Notes: generated by a model not told the origin, from the sequence alone. Shown: positions 23,855 to 36,439, counted from the first letter of the stretch. The stretch is 64,000 bases of DNA from Lingula anatina (GCA_051362555.1 CM120643.1:6510001-6574000); one strand, 5' to 3'. Numbers and translations are program-made.

Positions 23855-24275
23855 TGCATACGGAATAAAAGAGCATCAGAATCTGTCGGTCTTAAATTGT
23901 GGCACTTTGTTACTATTGTTTGATCTTAAAAGACGATTGGATTGATCAATAAAGATGTGATTCAATTTGTCAGAGGATTCAGTTATTTTGTAAAAGAAAG
24001 TTTTGCACAGATCTCTTCGTTTATCTAAAGTACACATATGCCAGGTTCAGGGTTTCATCATAGTATAGGTCAGGGAAAATAATCTTCAAAGCACGAGTTT
24101 GGTCAGTCTCTTAGAGTTTGCATTGCTCTATAGTTAGTCCTGGATGCCACACAGGGCAGGCATATTCTAGAATTGAGTGCACAATACTTTGGTAAAGCTT
24201 AGCTCGTTTCAGTTGACGGAGGAAATAGAGTCTTGCATTATGTTTACATTATGTGTCGCCAATTTGGAAAAAAAA
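23855..24275 (-). mobile_element. Degenerate L2-group LINE fragment
   Basis: The minus strand gives ARLYFLRQLKRA...ILEYACPVWHPGL...ALKIIFP...FKTDRF*CSFIP, with stops and frameshifts. Confidence 0.65.
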
Positions 24276-24384
24276 TTGATAAAAGAGAAATCATGCACCT
24301 ATATGCCTAATATATGAGGAGTGAATATCAGCTTATTAAAATTCTGCTTACTCTAAAGACATGTTTTAGTCCCATGTTGGATCA

Positions 24385-25420
24385 TCAGGATCCTTTAATT
24401 CCCTCTTCTTCAGCATCTTCCTCCTCTTCCATCTGCACTTCTTCCAGTTCAGGCATACCATAGGAAAAAGTTACCTTGATACTGCAACCAAAAAAAAAAA
24501 AAGCAATAGTACATAAAATAAGATAATCGAGTTTGAGAAAAATTATGTAAAAACATAACTGAAATAAGTATAAAACTCAACTGAAATAAGTATAAATGCC
24601 ATTTTTCTCAATATGATCACCTTAAATTATCTAGACTGTCATTTTCAACTGCACTAGTATTAACTACAACTTAATTTTGAAGTTTCTTGATCACTTCATA
24701 TTGGTTTAATCTCCGAAATACTGGTTGGAAGTTAAAATTGTATGATCTAAATTATTACTCTGGACTATTTAATACATTAGAGAGATGTACCAAACATAAA
24801 CATGCAATATCCCCTTTCTGATTTATTTATTTTTAATGTAAAAAGGAGACAAATTGTCTTTAAAATATAAAATCAAAATACTACTATTTATTTTCACTTA
24901 TAGTTGACATGCCATTTAACATTGGGTTAAACTTAGATACAATAACAGCTTCTGCACATTCATTTTGGGATTTAGATGCCTAAAGAAATAGCATCTTTGT
25001 CATATGTCTTAATTACTGTGGTATGCCTAGATGTTAGAGGCACAAGAAATGTGCCCTCGGTAAGTCAAAAATTCGCCCTGGTCATTGTAATGTATATGTA
25101 ATGAGACTAGTATCTCCCACCATGTCCGTTTTTATTTAAACTTTCTTTGCTCTATAAACTAACCCAAACCCTGTCAGAGTCGACATATGAGCAACACTTG
25201 CAATTTCTGTCATCGATACCACTCATATTAGTTACAATTTCATGGCATATTTTGACAGACGAGCCTGACAATCGTTAAGATATACAACGAACACACGTAA
25301 ATAAACATAAATCTCTGTGCTTAATAAATATTTTCACTGGTGCCTTATCTCAAAGATTATTGTAAATGGTACTCACAAATCCAGTAAATACTTCGCGGCC
25401 AGGCCATTCTTCGTATCCAT
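24385..25420 (-). CDS. Candidate 46-aa acidic microprotein (MDTKNGLAAKYLLDFIKVTFSYGMPELEEVQMEEEEDAEEEGIKGS) or remnant of a decayed gene
   Basis: gccATGg at 25420, donor at 25377, exon 24352-24481 with a strong polypyrimidine acceptor, and a further acceptor at 19185. The Gypsy element would sit in the last intron. Confidence 0.35.
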
Positions 25421-25654
25421 GGCCACCCAAGCAGGTTTTCATCTGCCTTCTTCCTCGCCGGTGTTTATTGTTTGCCTGTCGTACATTTGCTGATACACTG
25501 TTTTACGCATGTTTTTTTGTAAAGGCTGTTTCTTTTTTCTTTTTGTTATCTGTCTTCGCTTCTTCGAAGGACTCCCAGCATAACTGAGCCTCCTGTTTCA
25601 CGTTGTCCTTTCCCGGCAGCTTGAACTGGTTTTAACTAGGTCGCAATACGAGAA

Positions 25655-25736
25655 TCTCGCGAGATCCGGAAGTCTAGAGAGCTCAATTATGAAAATGGAG
25701 GTGGTTGTTGGTAAACCTCCGCTTAAGCGGAGGTTT
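25655..25736. promoter_or_regulatory. Housekeeping-type promoter motifs and a perfect palindrome
   Basis: TCTCGCGAGA (BANP/ZBTB33-type) at 25655-25664, CCGGAAGT (ETS) at 25666-25673, and a 24-bp palindrome at 25713-25736. Confidence 0.55.
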
Positions 25737-25932
25737 TCTTTTTATTGTATTTTCTAAAAATGTTACAGAGCGATCGCGAGTGCCGGGAATGATAGATTAA
25801 AGGTTGGTAAATCGCGGAAAAGTAGTGTTAACCTCGGGATAAATCAGGATAAATCAATTTTGGCGCGAAAATCCTCTTTTGTGTCCTTTTAAATAGAAGA
25901 CAGCGGAAGACTGGCTACACTAAAATCATTAG

Positions 25933-26160
25933 CAGGGGCGGATCCAGGATTATATACAGGTGGGGCGAGTCCATTCCATTTGAGGGGTGGCAGGTGGGGC
26001 GAGTCCATTCCATTTGAGGGGTGGCAGGTGGGGCGAGTCCATTTCATCTGAAGGGGTGACAGGTGGGGCGAGTTCAATTCATTTGAGGGGTGACAGGTGG
26101 GACAATTCCATTCTTTTTGAGGGGTGACAGGTGCGGCGAGTTCGTCCGATTTGAGGAGCG
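25933..26160. repeat. 34-bp GC-rich minisatellite (~6 copies) directly behind a CAGGGGCGGATCCAGGA MITE terminus
   Basis: Unit aggtggggcgagtccattccatttgaggggtggc repeated from 25958, diverging rightwards. Confidence 0.9.
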
Positions 26161-26420
26161 CATGCACGTAAAATCACCACAAAATTACATTATAATGTCC
26201 GTGCAATTAGCTTTTTAAATATATTTTTTAAAATATTGTGTTAGCAAAGTTTTAAGGGGATATAAACTTGTATCATGCAGAAATAATCATTAAATTATTG
26301 GTCTCAAAATTTGCTTTTCCACAATTTCATATAAATATAACCTTTTTGTCTGCACATTTGGAATCAATATATTTCAAACATATATTTTAATAAGACCTTA
26401 TTCAAATAGATCGGAATATG

Positions 26421-26454
<34 letters not shown>

Positions 26455-29007
26455 GGAAGAAGCAAATTTCAACTGTTGCTATTTCAAGTGTGTCTCTCAA
26501 CTTTCTCATTTTTTCTGTTTAAATTTTAAATTGAAGTATTCATATGATGAGAAGATCGTGAAATTTGAATCAATTTTCTGCAACAATAACCAGAATCCTT
26601 CAAAAATGTACCCATATTAAACTGAGAGAATGGTATCCGGGAGGACGAACTCATTTATTCCAAGAGATATAAAAAACTGTCTAACTACAGAATAAAATCG
26701 AGAATAGCTTTTCAAAATGCAAAATCGTAAATTCACACATATTGTATTTATAAATGTGGGCTGTTGAAAAATCTTGAACGTGTTTTCTTAAAATGCTCAA
26801 ACTCAATAATTTACAAAATACTAGGAATATTTACAAACTTTTTGAAAAACCTTTTGGTTTTAGATATCTTCTGTTGCTGCAGAAATCAACAATCCCAAAC
26901 ACAATATTTACAGATCAATTTTAGCTGATTTAATTCGAAAGTACTCAAACAGTTATCATACCTTTATTATTACCACTATTTTAATCGACATTAATTCATA
27001 TCAAAGTAAAAGAAACAAGCAATGACAAACTTATCTATTCAGCTTTTATTAAAATGCAATAGATGCATGAATTTGCGTTTGGTTCCAGAAAGTGAATGAA
27101 AGGCTTGGTTGCTAGCAGGCGGGTGTAGTGCAGTACTCAGTATCTCAGCGGACTTCTGAAATGAAAAAGTAATGTGAACAATATTTGACTAAACGGACAG
27201 ACTCAGAAAATACAACAAATGCATTTTACATCAAAGAAAAAAGGGCGCTTGGAATGATGTGAGTGTTTACTGACTTGTTCGATGTTCAGGCTCAGCACCC
27301 CTCAAAAAGCCAATCTTTATCGAGGTTACGCCAAAATTAAGATCTGAAGTTATTGATAAAGATGTTTGAGATATCTTGCTTTGAAAAAATAAACAATGAA
27401 AACAATTCTTTAATTCGTGAAGGTTATAACTAGGGTCGTTAATTTATTTTACCTACTATTTAATGTTGTAATAGCTAAAATCGTTATGCAACACGCGTTT
27501 GTTTCAGCACTGCTTACGAACATTTTTACAGGCACATGTATAATACATTAAACCTACAAAAACTAATTTAAAATTGATAAAAAGAAAAAAATGAAACCTC
27601 TAAGAGACAAAAGTAAGATTATTCAAATCAAAAGGAGTATTTATTTCTTTTAATTTATCGTGACTGTCGTAAAGGGAGACGTTTGAATTTTCGATAAACT
27701 TTGACCATAAAAAGATGTACACGTTGATAGGGTGCACTTGTCTTTGGATCAAAAGCTCAGAACTGTATCAAGTGCGGTATTATCATTATCTAAATTAGTC
27801 CGTGATCTTTGTGGTCATATTCCCATCTACTAATATGTTAGCTAATATTCTGAGTGACATAAAAGAAACGACAGGCAAAATATAACAAAGAATCGTAACG
27901 TAAATACTTGTCGTAATTTTCCTTGCATTCTGTTACGCTTTGTATATCTACTGACTGAGGTTACTGAAGAAAACGTGATACTTACGAAACACGCATTTGT
28001 GTCTTCGCCTCAGAAAAGTTCGGCCCTGCAACTGTACCACACTTTCTGTTGCGTCTTCACCCTGATGTGTCCTACTGCCTAGAGAGCATTGGGGAAGACA
28101 GCTCGCACTACGACGAGCAACTTATTGTTATGCAAATTACAGACAGGTATGGCCCATTTTAGGTGAGGGACTGTGGCTGAAACTGTTCACGAATGTTCAC
28201 GGTCAAAAACATGTACATAAGGATTTGACTGAAATCCACTTGTTAAAATACACCACTTTATTCCACAAATATTGCGCATGCATCTTTCATCATGGAAAGA
28301 GTGTGAATGTTGATATTTTTATCGATCAATTGGCGGAGGCCCTACTTATAACCATGTTGTTGACATAATGGAACGGATAAATCCTAGTTTCATTCGGATC
28401 CAAGTAAGTAAGCAAATAAGTAAATAAATAAACACCGAGAAGCCTGTGTACCAACATGTTATGTACCAAACAATACGATATTTTATAGCAATAATGAATC
28501 TAATCGGTAGAAATAGTCCTGGGCGAAACAAGACGGGCCCTTGCCACTGTCGGAATAACGTTGCCTGGCGGATCAAGATTTTATTTATTTATTTATTTAT
28601 GCAAATATTGTTGAAATACTTATTTGTTTTTTAGTGTTTGCATATTTTGGGACAAAATCTTAGTAGTTCGGGAATGTTATCATAGTGTTTTTTATGCATG
28701 CGTTAGATTAAATTGGGGGTCAATTTTCATCGGCAACAGACAACAATCAAGAGTATAAGGTTTTTATCAACTTAATTAATATCAAAAGGATCGAGGCTGG
28801 GAAGATCAGAGATGAGCGTTTCATGTTTATTTTTATCTTATTCTTGTTGGGAAAATTAAAACTGGAGGATACTGACAGTGTGTGTGTGTGGGGGGGGGGG
28901 GGGGGAGGGGGACAGTGGAGGATGGTCTAAAAAAGCTAATTTGGAAGACTGGACTGTCACAAAATATTTCTGGATCCGGTCCCGACATAAAAAAAAACAA
29001 CCCAACC

Positions 29008-29025
29008 TGTCTCTCTCCCTCTCCC

Positions 29026-29082
<57 letters not shown>

Positions 29083-29086
29083 TACA
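29008..29086. repeat. Compound (CT)/(CTGT)/(CA) microsatellite
   Basis: Directly visible in the sequence. Confidence 0.9.
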
Positions 29087-29539
29087 CTAAATAGATAAAC
29101 AAGTAAATGAATAAACAAACAATGTAATTCTGTTTCTTTTCTTTCGATTTTTTTTGTTCAGTGTTTAGAAAAGAAACACTTATATTAGGTTTTTTTAAAT
29201 TTCTGTTTAAAAGTTTGCTTTGGCTACATAAAATTAGAAATAGCACCAAAACATTTTTAGATTTATTAGATTTATTAATGCTACGAAGAGTCTGTCATTT
29301 TTTCATAATAAGACTGTCCACAGTAAATATGTTATTCTGGCACGATCGATTTCGTTTAGCTCATCCCCTGAAATGTACATAATCTGATTGAGTTTCATTA
29401 CGTCTGTATGATAAGGGTACGAACATGGATCCCCATTCCAGGGAGGTGACCCGGGTTTACTACAATCCCAATCTTTATTCCAATTGAATATGGTAATTAT
29501 TATTAGCGCAAAAAGTTAAAGCATGCTGACGTTCATTAC

Positions 29540-30330
29540 TCACGCTTTAAAAATTCTAAAATTAGGGATGAGGCAATGAAAGCAGATGATATGGACTCGT
29601 AACTGATAACAGCGAGAGCGCATGTAGAAAGTTCATTGAATCTGTTGTTGAGCGGTGCAAGGGTAATGATCTTATTTGGAACATGAGTAAAACCAAGGAA
29701 ATGATAGTAGATATCAGACGGAATCAAAATGTAAAAACGCCGCTACATATAGAGCATACAGTTAAGATAGAGCAGTTCAAACTCCTAGGAATTCATTTGA
29801 ATAGTAAACTTACTTGGAATGACAACATCAAGAGCAGCGCAAGAAAAGCAAGACAAAGACTGTACTTTTTACGATCATTTGGAACTTTTACAAATAATGA
29901 GACCGTTTTAAATAACTTTTATACATGTATTATTGAGAGTATTTTAAGGTTTGAAGCATCTGGTGACTACAGTGGAGGAACCGGACCCAACTTGTCAATG
30001 TTATTAACACTGCCAGTAAAATAACTGGGAGAGATCTCCCTAACTGGAATATATCACGAAAGACAGAATGTAGAAAACAACAAAACAAATTATGGGGATC
30101 CCACCCATTCAGCAAATTCTCTTTTTTAATTCTTACCAAGCAATACCAGACTGCTGAGTAAACGGTTTTAAGCAGTTTTTGTCTCTGTATTCTCTAATAT
30201 TAATTCCACTTTTATGCCTACTTCATAAATATGTCCACTTCTTTTTTCAGTTTTATCTCTCCAATGAAAACAATTTCCAATATTTGTGTTGTAATATTTT
30301 ATTGGATGAACAAATTCTTATCACACTTGT
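29540..30330 (+). mobile_element. Degenerate Rex/Babar-like LINE, 3' part of the RT
   Basis: ADDM, SKTKEMIVDIRR, FKLLGIHLNSKLTW, KARQRLYFLR and the DPTH tail, with frameshifts. Confidence 0.85.
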
Positions 30331-30355
30331 TTGAAAAAAAATAAAAAACAAGTAA

Positions 30356-30438
30356 GGCCACACTTTTTTAATTTTATGGATGACATCCTGCGCGCGCACC
30401 GATTTTCGTCCGTTCTCCAAAAAAAAAAAAAAAAAAAT

Positions 30439-30469
<31 letters not shown>

Positions 30470-31454
30470 GGAAGTCGGTTGTCGCAAACGTCGTTATTGA
30501 ATTTGCCGGAAAATGCAATCGGCAATCCTCGGCTAATTCCGCAAGCTCCATACTGTCATTGTCAACTGCGGAGACATCCAAGTAGTTCCGAGTGCGGAAA
30601 ATGAGCTTTCTGCGCATGCGTATTATCACCACGTGGAAATATGGCCGCTTTGCCGTCAAATTCATCTCTAGCATTAATTTCAAAATACACGACAATTAAA
30701 GTCATAAAGAGAACGGGGGCCGTTGTTTTGGATTGGTTTGCCATTGATATTGGACATGGAGATATCACCCATTTACAATTATACGAAAGGCTGGCCGCGG
30801 CCAGCGATCATCGCCCAGAAAATTTCAGTGACATTCTGTCCAAAGCAGCACATACCAGGTTTTTTTGTAGCAAAAAAAGGGTCGACAAGAGCGTCGTGGT
30901 ATTTGGTGGACTGAAGGTCGGACAGGCCACCCGATAGTTGGCTGCTACGTGTGAGTCGAAGTAGACAAAATGGCATCGACCGAAATTACCTTTTTTAGAT
31001 TTGGTAGTAGGAAGCATAGGCCTATCTTTGCTTCATTTTTTTAACAATTCTGTGAAAAGTTTACAATGCTTTAATTTTCTGAGAGTACAAATAAAGACAC
31101 GCTGTTTATTTGATATTTGATTATTGACTGCTATACCAACAGAATGCATGAAATAACCTTAAATAGATTTGGTAATATGCAGCATATATATTCATGACTT
31201 TTTACCTTTCTACGAAGTAGGCCCTATTCACAATGCTTTAATATTTTGAGAGCATGGATAAAGACATGTTGTTAGTTTGATACATGTTTCTGTGGTAAAT
31301 TAGTGTTTCCAGCTGTGTACTGAAAACATAACTTTTCTTAAGCAGTTTTTTTTTTTTTTTTTTTTTTTTTGGACTGTTTTTTTTTTTTTCGCCCGCTCGC
31401 ACCGATTTTGGGGTCCCCAGAGGATGTCATCCATAAAAATAAAAAAGTGTGGCC
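30356..31454. mobile_element. Non-autonomous PIF/Harbinger-type element (1.1 kb)
   Basis: 33-bp TIRs GGCCACACTTTTTTA(A/T)TTTTATGGATGACATCCT and a 3-bp TSD TAA on both sides. Confidence 0.88.
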
Positions 31455-31509
31455 TAAGGTAAACACAAAACACCCTACACTGGATTTTTTAGAAATGACC
31501 TAACAAAAA

Positions 31510-31511
<2 letters not shown>

Positions 31512-31563
<52 letters not shown>

Positions 31564-34500
31564 TATGGAAAAAAAAATAATAATAAGTAAATAAATAAAC
31601 ACAAATAGAGTATATATATATATGTTCCTTTCATACACGCACACATACCCACGTACGCACAACACTCATACTTGGTCACTGCTAATATGTATATTATCCT
31701 TGCATTACACAGTTGTGTTTACAAAAATAGACTAATTAGTTGTCTGTCCATTTCACTCAAATATAGTAACTTCATCTCTAAGTGCCTGCTGATTAACAAA
31801 ACAAAATTAAATAAAATATAATAGAAAACTTAAACCCAAAAGATAAAGAAAGGGATGCTACTGCTATTCCCCTTCAACAAAAAGTGGTAACCATTGTGCC
31901 CATTGTTTAACAAAGTTGTCATATGTGCAAGATCCATGACGCAAAGCAATATTTTTTTCAACATGATACATAAATTTTATGTAACCCAAAAGACCTTGAA
32001 AGCTTGGGGTCTTTTTTTGTTTCAGGCACTTGTAAATATATAGTTTTCCAAACATAATAAGTAAATTAAAAATTTTACTTTCCGTTGTGCATTTTATTCC
32101 AAACAAGATTTTATAGTCATCGAGATCCAAATTGACATTAGTTTTTTCGAGTATATGGTCTTGAAACTTATTCCAAAGAGGACGCACACTATTACACTGT
32201 ATAAACACATGAAGGAGATCTTCACGGTCTCTTTTACAAAAGCCACATATGTCATTATCCTGAATGCCAATCTTTTTCAAATAAGCACCCAAAGGGAGTA
32301 TCCTATGTATTATTCTAAACTGAAGCCATTGTAACGTTGTATCTCGAGAAGTTCCAAAACAAGTCTCAAAAATTTCTTCCGTTTTTAAGCGAGCGTCCCC
32401 GTTATTGAATAGTTTTTGGTTCCATGTACAGACACCAGTGGGAATAATATTTTTCTTATTTAGGACATTATATACATATCTGTTTCCTTTTTCATTTAGC
32501 ATAAGCCCCTTGAAATGAAACGGGTAGTAAGGGGTGACTGTAATAGCCACCTTTTCCTTATCAAATTGTCTTAGAAAAACCTTAACTGCACTGTACATGC
32601 TATTAAACTGCATAGTTTGGACTCTCAAATTGAATTTTTGTTCAAGCACATTCTTTTTCATTAAATTTCCCTGATTGTCCAACATATCTCCAAGAACTTT
32701 TATTCCTTGTTTGTACCAGGAAGGGATAAACACCGAAGCGTTGTTAATCTTAATTTCAGTATTATACCAAAGAGGTATTGCGCCTGGGTCACTTGCCCAT
32801 TCCCTTAACATTTGGACTTTCATAAAGTAAGCCCAAGCTATCAGAGTATCCTGCCAAAATTTGTTTTGGATACGTTCTGCTAACTTCCTGACATAATCAT
32901 CACCAAAGTCGAGCAGGTTCTGGATTAACTTTTTTCCTAATATGGATTCTAATATATTAGTCCAAATCTGTTTCCTAGAAATTAGTCTTTTCAACCAAGA
33001 ACATTTTAATGATGTAATAAAACATTTTATGTCAATCATTTTAAGGCCACCAGCGTTGTGATTTTGAGAGGCTACGTCCCTTTTAATTCTATCACATTTT
33101 GACCCCCATACAAAATTATAAAACTCAGTCTCAAGCGATTTAATAAATCCGTTGTTTGGGTTGGGTAGGGAGATAAATAGATGGGTAAGTTTGGAAATTA
33201 ATAACGATTTTACAATCGTGGTTTTACCTATTGGGCTAAGGATGCGTTTTTTCCATTGTTTAATCTGACTTTGTACTTTTGTCATTTGCTTTTGATAATT
33301 CAGATCAATCATGTCACTTAACTCTACTGAAAAAGTTATGCCTAACAGCTCAAATATTTGTACCCCCCAATAAAGTTTCCATCTGGAATGATGGTACACA
33401 TCTTTACTATATTTTTTGGAACCTATCCATATTACTTTAGTTTTTGAGGCATTGATGTGTAGTCCAGATAATTTTGCAAAGTATTCAAGGGTTTCCAGGG
33501 AATTGAATAAAGATTCTTTCGATCCATCTAATGTAAGTGAAGTGTCATCTGCATATTGTAAAATCTTATTCTCGATTCCATTAATTGTTATTCCTTTTAT
33601 AGATGTGTTGCTCTTTATCAGTATTGACAGCATTTCAGCACTCAATATAAATAAATAAGGGGCTACTGGGTCACCTTGTCGACAACCTCTTTGGATAGAA
33701 AACGGTTTCGACAGGAAACCACATTGTAGAACGGATGCTGTAATGTTAGTGTTTAGTATGTTTACCCATGTTATTAGATTTCTGCCAAAGCCGAAGATGT
33801 TAAGAGCTTTATAGATGAAGGACCAAGCTAAGGAATCAAAAGCTTTTTCGAAGTCAATCAACATTAGAAGGCCAGGAATCTGTCTATTCTCAGTATAGTC
33901 CATCAGATCATATATTGCTCGTATGTTATCACCCAAGTATCTACCGGGTATGAAACCCGACTGCGATGGAGGTATGAGAGAATTCAGAGTGCGTTTTATT
34001 CGTCCACAGATACATCCAGAAATAATCTTATAAAATACATTCAGGAGTGTAATCGGCCTCCAGTTTTTCATGTCTTTTCTTGATTTTTCTCCTTTTGGGA
34101 GACATACAATGATTCCGAGTCTTTGTGAGATAGGCAACATTTTTTTAAAAAAAATATCATTTATAGCTCTTCTGATAAAGTACTTGAGATCATTCCAAAA
34201 AAATTTGTAGAACTCGGCTGAAAAGCCATCACTTCCTGGGGACTTGTTATTCTTCATTGATTTAATAACACTTAGGATTTCAGTTAATGTAAATTCTTGA
34301 TCTAATTCGTGAGCAGTAACATTGTCCAATTTATTAAAGGAATACGGTTCTAGTACATTACTGAGGTCTACGTCATCTATTTCATTTTCTTTGCTTGAAT
34401 ACAAATTTTCATAGAAAAGCTTCACCTCCTTAAGGATTTCTGACTGTTCGTAGACTGTTCCTTTTCCATCTATATCTAGCACCTGAATAGTTTTATTCAG

Positions 34501-34871
34501 AAAGTTTCTGGACTCTAAACCACAAAAATATTGCGTCGGTTTCTCCCCCTCGTCAACCCATTGTGCGCGTGATCTTATCATGCTTCCCCGTAGTTTCTCT
34601 TTCCTTAATGTTTCTAGTGATTGTATTTTTTCTTCCAAGATGCCATTATGTACTAAATTTCCTGCGTCATTGTCATCTTTAAGTTTTTGTATCTCATCAA
34701 TAAGTTCCTTTTCCTTCTTATTCTTATCTTTTTTCTTAGCACTAGCATGTGATATAGTTACCCCCCTTATTTCCATTAGTAGTACTTCCAAAAATAGGCT
34801 ATCGGATATGGATAATTGCAGGTCTTCTTCTGGAATACAATCAATTATGGATACTTTATACAAGATATTGG
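31512..34871 (-). mobile_element. 5'-truncated L1/Tx1-clade LINE with poly(A) tail and TSD
   Basis: ~50-nt polyT at 31512-31561, TSD CAAAAATCTTTT at 31504-31515 and 34872-34883, and a 3' UTR at ~31562-31863. Confidence 0.93.
31864..34863 (-). CDS. L1/Tx1 ORF2 fragment (RT and C-terminal zinc finger; endonuclease missing)
   Basis: KSPGSDG, WRPITLLN, DFEKAFD, RGCRQGDP, QYADD and CGFC..EDLLHVFIQC. The frame is open for 999 codons but lacks an authentic ATG. Confidence 0.92.
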   Translation of the reverse strand: MYKVSIIDCIPEEDLQLSISDSLFLEVLLMEIRGVTISHASAKKKDKNKKEKELIDEIQKLKDDNDAGNLVHNGILEEKIQSLETLRKEKLRGSMIRSRAQWVDEGEKPTQYFCGLESRNFLNKTIQVLDIDGKGTVYEQSEILKEVKLFYENLYSSKENEIDDVDLSNVLEPYSFNKLDNVTAHELDQEFTLTEILSVIKSMKNNKSPGSDGFSAEFYKFFWNDLKYFIRRAINDIFFKKMLPISQRLGIIVCLPKGEKSRKDMKNWRPITLLNVFYKIISGCICGRIKRTLNSLIPPSQSGFIPGRYLGDNIRAIYDLMDYTENRQIPGLLMLIDFEKAFDSLAWSFIYKALNIFGFGRNLITWVNILNTNITASVLQCGFLSKPFSIQRGCRQGDPVAPYLFILSAEMLSILIKSNTSIKGITINGIENKILQYADDTSLTLDGSKESLFNSLETLEYFAKLSGLHINASKTKVIWIGSKKYSKDVYHHSRWKLYWGVQIFELLGITFSVELSDMIDLNYQKQMTKVQSQIKQWKKRILSPIGKTTIVKSLLISKLTHLFISLPNPNNGFIKSLETEFYNFVWGSKCDRIKRDVASQNHNAGGLKMIDIKCFITSLKCSWLKRLISRKQIWTNILESILGKKLIQNLLDFGDDYVRKLAERIQNKFWQDTLIAWAYFMKVQMLREWASDPGAIPLWYNTEIKINNASVFIPSWYKQGIKVLGDMLDNQGNLMKKNVLEQKFNLRVQTMQFNSMYSAVKVFLRQFDKEKVAITVTPYYPFHFKGLMLNEKGNRYVYNVLNKKNIIPTGVCTWNQKLFNNGDARLKTEEIFETCFGTSRDTTLQWLQFRIIHRILPLGAYLKKIGIQDNDICGFCKRDREDLLHVFIQCNSVRPLWNKFQDHILEKTNVNLDLDDYKILFGIKCTTESKIFNLLIMFGKLYIYKCLKQKKTPSFQGLLGYIKFMYHVEKNIALRHGSCTYDNFVKQWAQWLPLFVEGE

Positions 34872-36439
34872 CAAAAATCTTTTACACTAATAATTAAATG
34901 CATCAGACTTCACTTAAATTCGATTGATGTAAAGAACACTACATATTAAATAAAATTTAGCTTTGAGAGTCAATCAGAAAGATAGTGGAATCATACAGAA
35001 AATCCTGCAATCCTGGCCTCAGGTATTCTTTACTCATAAAAAGTAATGTATGAAAACCATCTTAATTCAACAAGAAACATATGGAAGCCATTTGAATCAT
35101 CAAGGGTTCAGATAAATAAAATTAAAGAACAAATTCTTTTAACTATCCACACCAACTTAAATCTGTGCAATTTATAGAATATTATACTGCCATATATACA
35201 ATGTTCAATTTCTACTTAAATTCCATAATCCTTATTTCCAACAATGTTAGATCTTCAGCTTCACAAATAATAAAGAAAATTTATTTCATTAATAACCACA
35301 CCCTTTTAAAACAATGTAATTTATATTATATTAGACTGTCATACAAAGTTTAATCAAAACAAACCAATTCAATGTGTTGTAGACAATAATCCAATGATAT
35401 TCTGATCATCAGTACACACTTTCATGTCAGCAGGCTTTTAATATTTAAAGTTGTTATTAACTGGACACAACAGTTTGAACATTTAACAATGGTACCATTC
35501 CCTATGAGAAAACCATGAGCAAAATTTACTTAAGCATACATAATGGCTGATATGGTCAGAGAAAAATGATAACATTAATCTACCTCTACTTTCAGACTAA
35601 ACAAACTGGACTAAATTTCTGATTAAAGTTAAACAAAAATAAGATTTTAAATTAGCAGGTCTAGGCTGGACAACAGATGTGTTGAACAAGGATAGCATGG
35701 AAAATATAGTGATCAAAACATGCAAACACATTCAATGCCTGTAACTAATACAGATATTAAACAAATAATTTCAAGGAAACAGATGAAATGGCATCCAGAC
35801 AAGAAATATAACTCAAGAGTTGTAAAATTCTTTGAAAAAAAAGATCTGTCTATGAAAATGTTTTTAATTGTTCCAAATGTTTTTCTGACCAGCTATCAAT
35901 ACCGTCCCTGCCCTCTTTCAATATTTTATTCTTTCAAATGAAGACAACCATTAATAAACACTAGCAGTGAACCCTATGAGTAAAGCATCAGCTAATTCAC
36001 ATAAAATTTAAATAGGCCATACAATATTAATTTATGTAATGAGAAAAAGAGATAACCATTAGTACCTAAACCTTTAGACGAAGCAAATTTCACGACTACA
36101 TCACCAAGAAAACTAAATGACATGACATACATGTACCTATCTGGGGTACCTTGTAGATATGTTTCCATCTCTGTCTTAAAGGTGTGGAGACTCACTGATA
36201 TTACAGATATTTTCAACAAAAAGTGTTTCAATGGCCTATTGGTACACTCACCTGAAAGACAAAACCTCATACGCTGAGAGGGATAAATTGTTTGAAACAG
36301 CAAAGCTGGCAAAATACAGTGACCAGTAAAAAAAACAGTAAAAAAACTATGCACTTGCACACCATTTAAAACCAATCTTGCTCCCATTTAAAAGTAACAC
36401 TACTTGGTGAAGTTAATAAATTAAGTTCCTGAAAACATT

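Noticed and set aside
25713-25745. Rho-independent terminator
   Set aside because: Eukaryotic context, and it is a loopless perfect palindrome with no upstream bacterial-type gene.
28833-29249. ORFs of 70-138 aa
   Set aside because: These are translations of microsatellites and polyG tracts.
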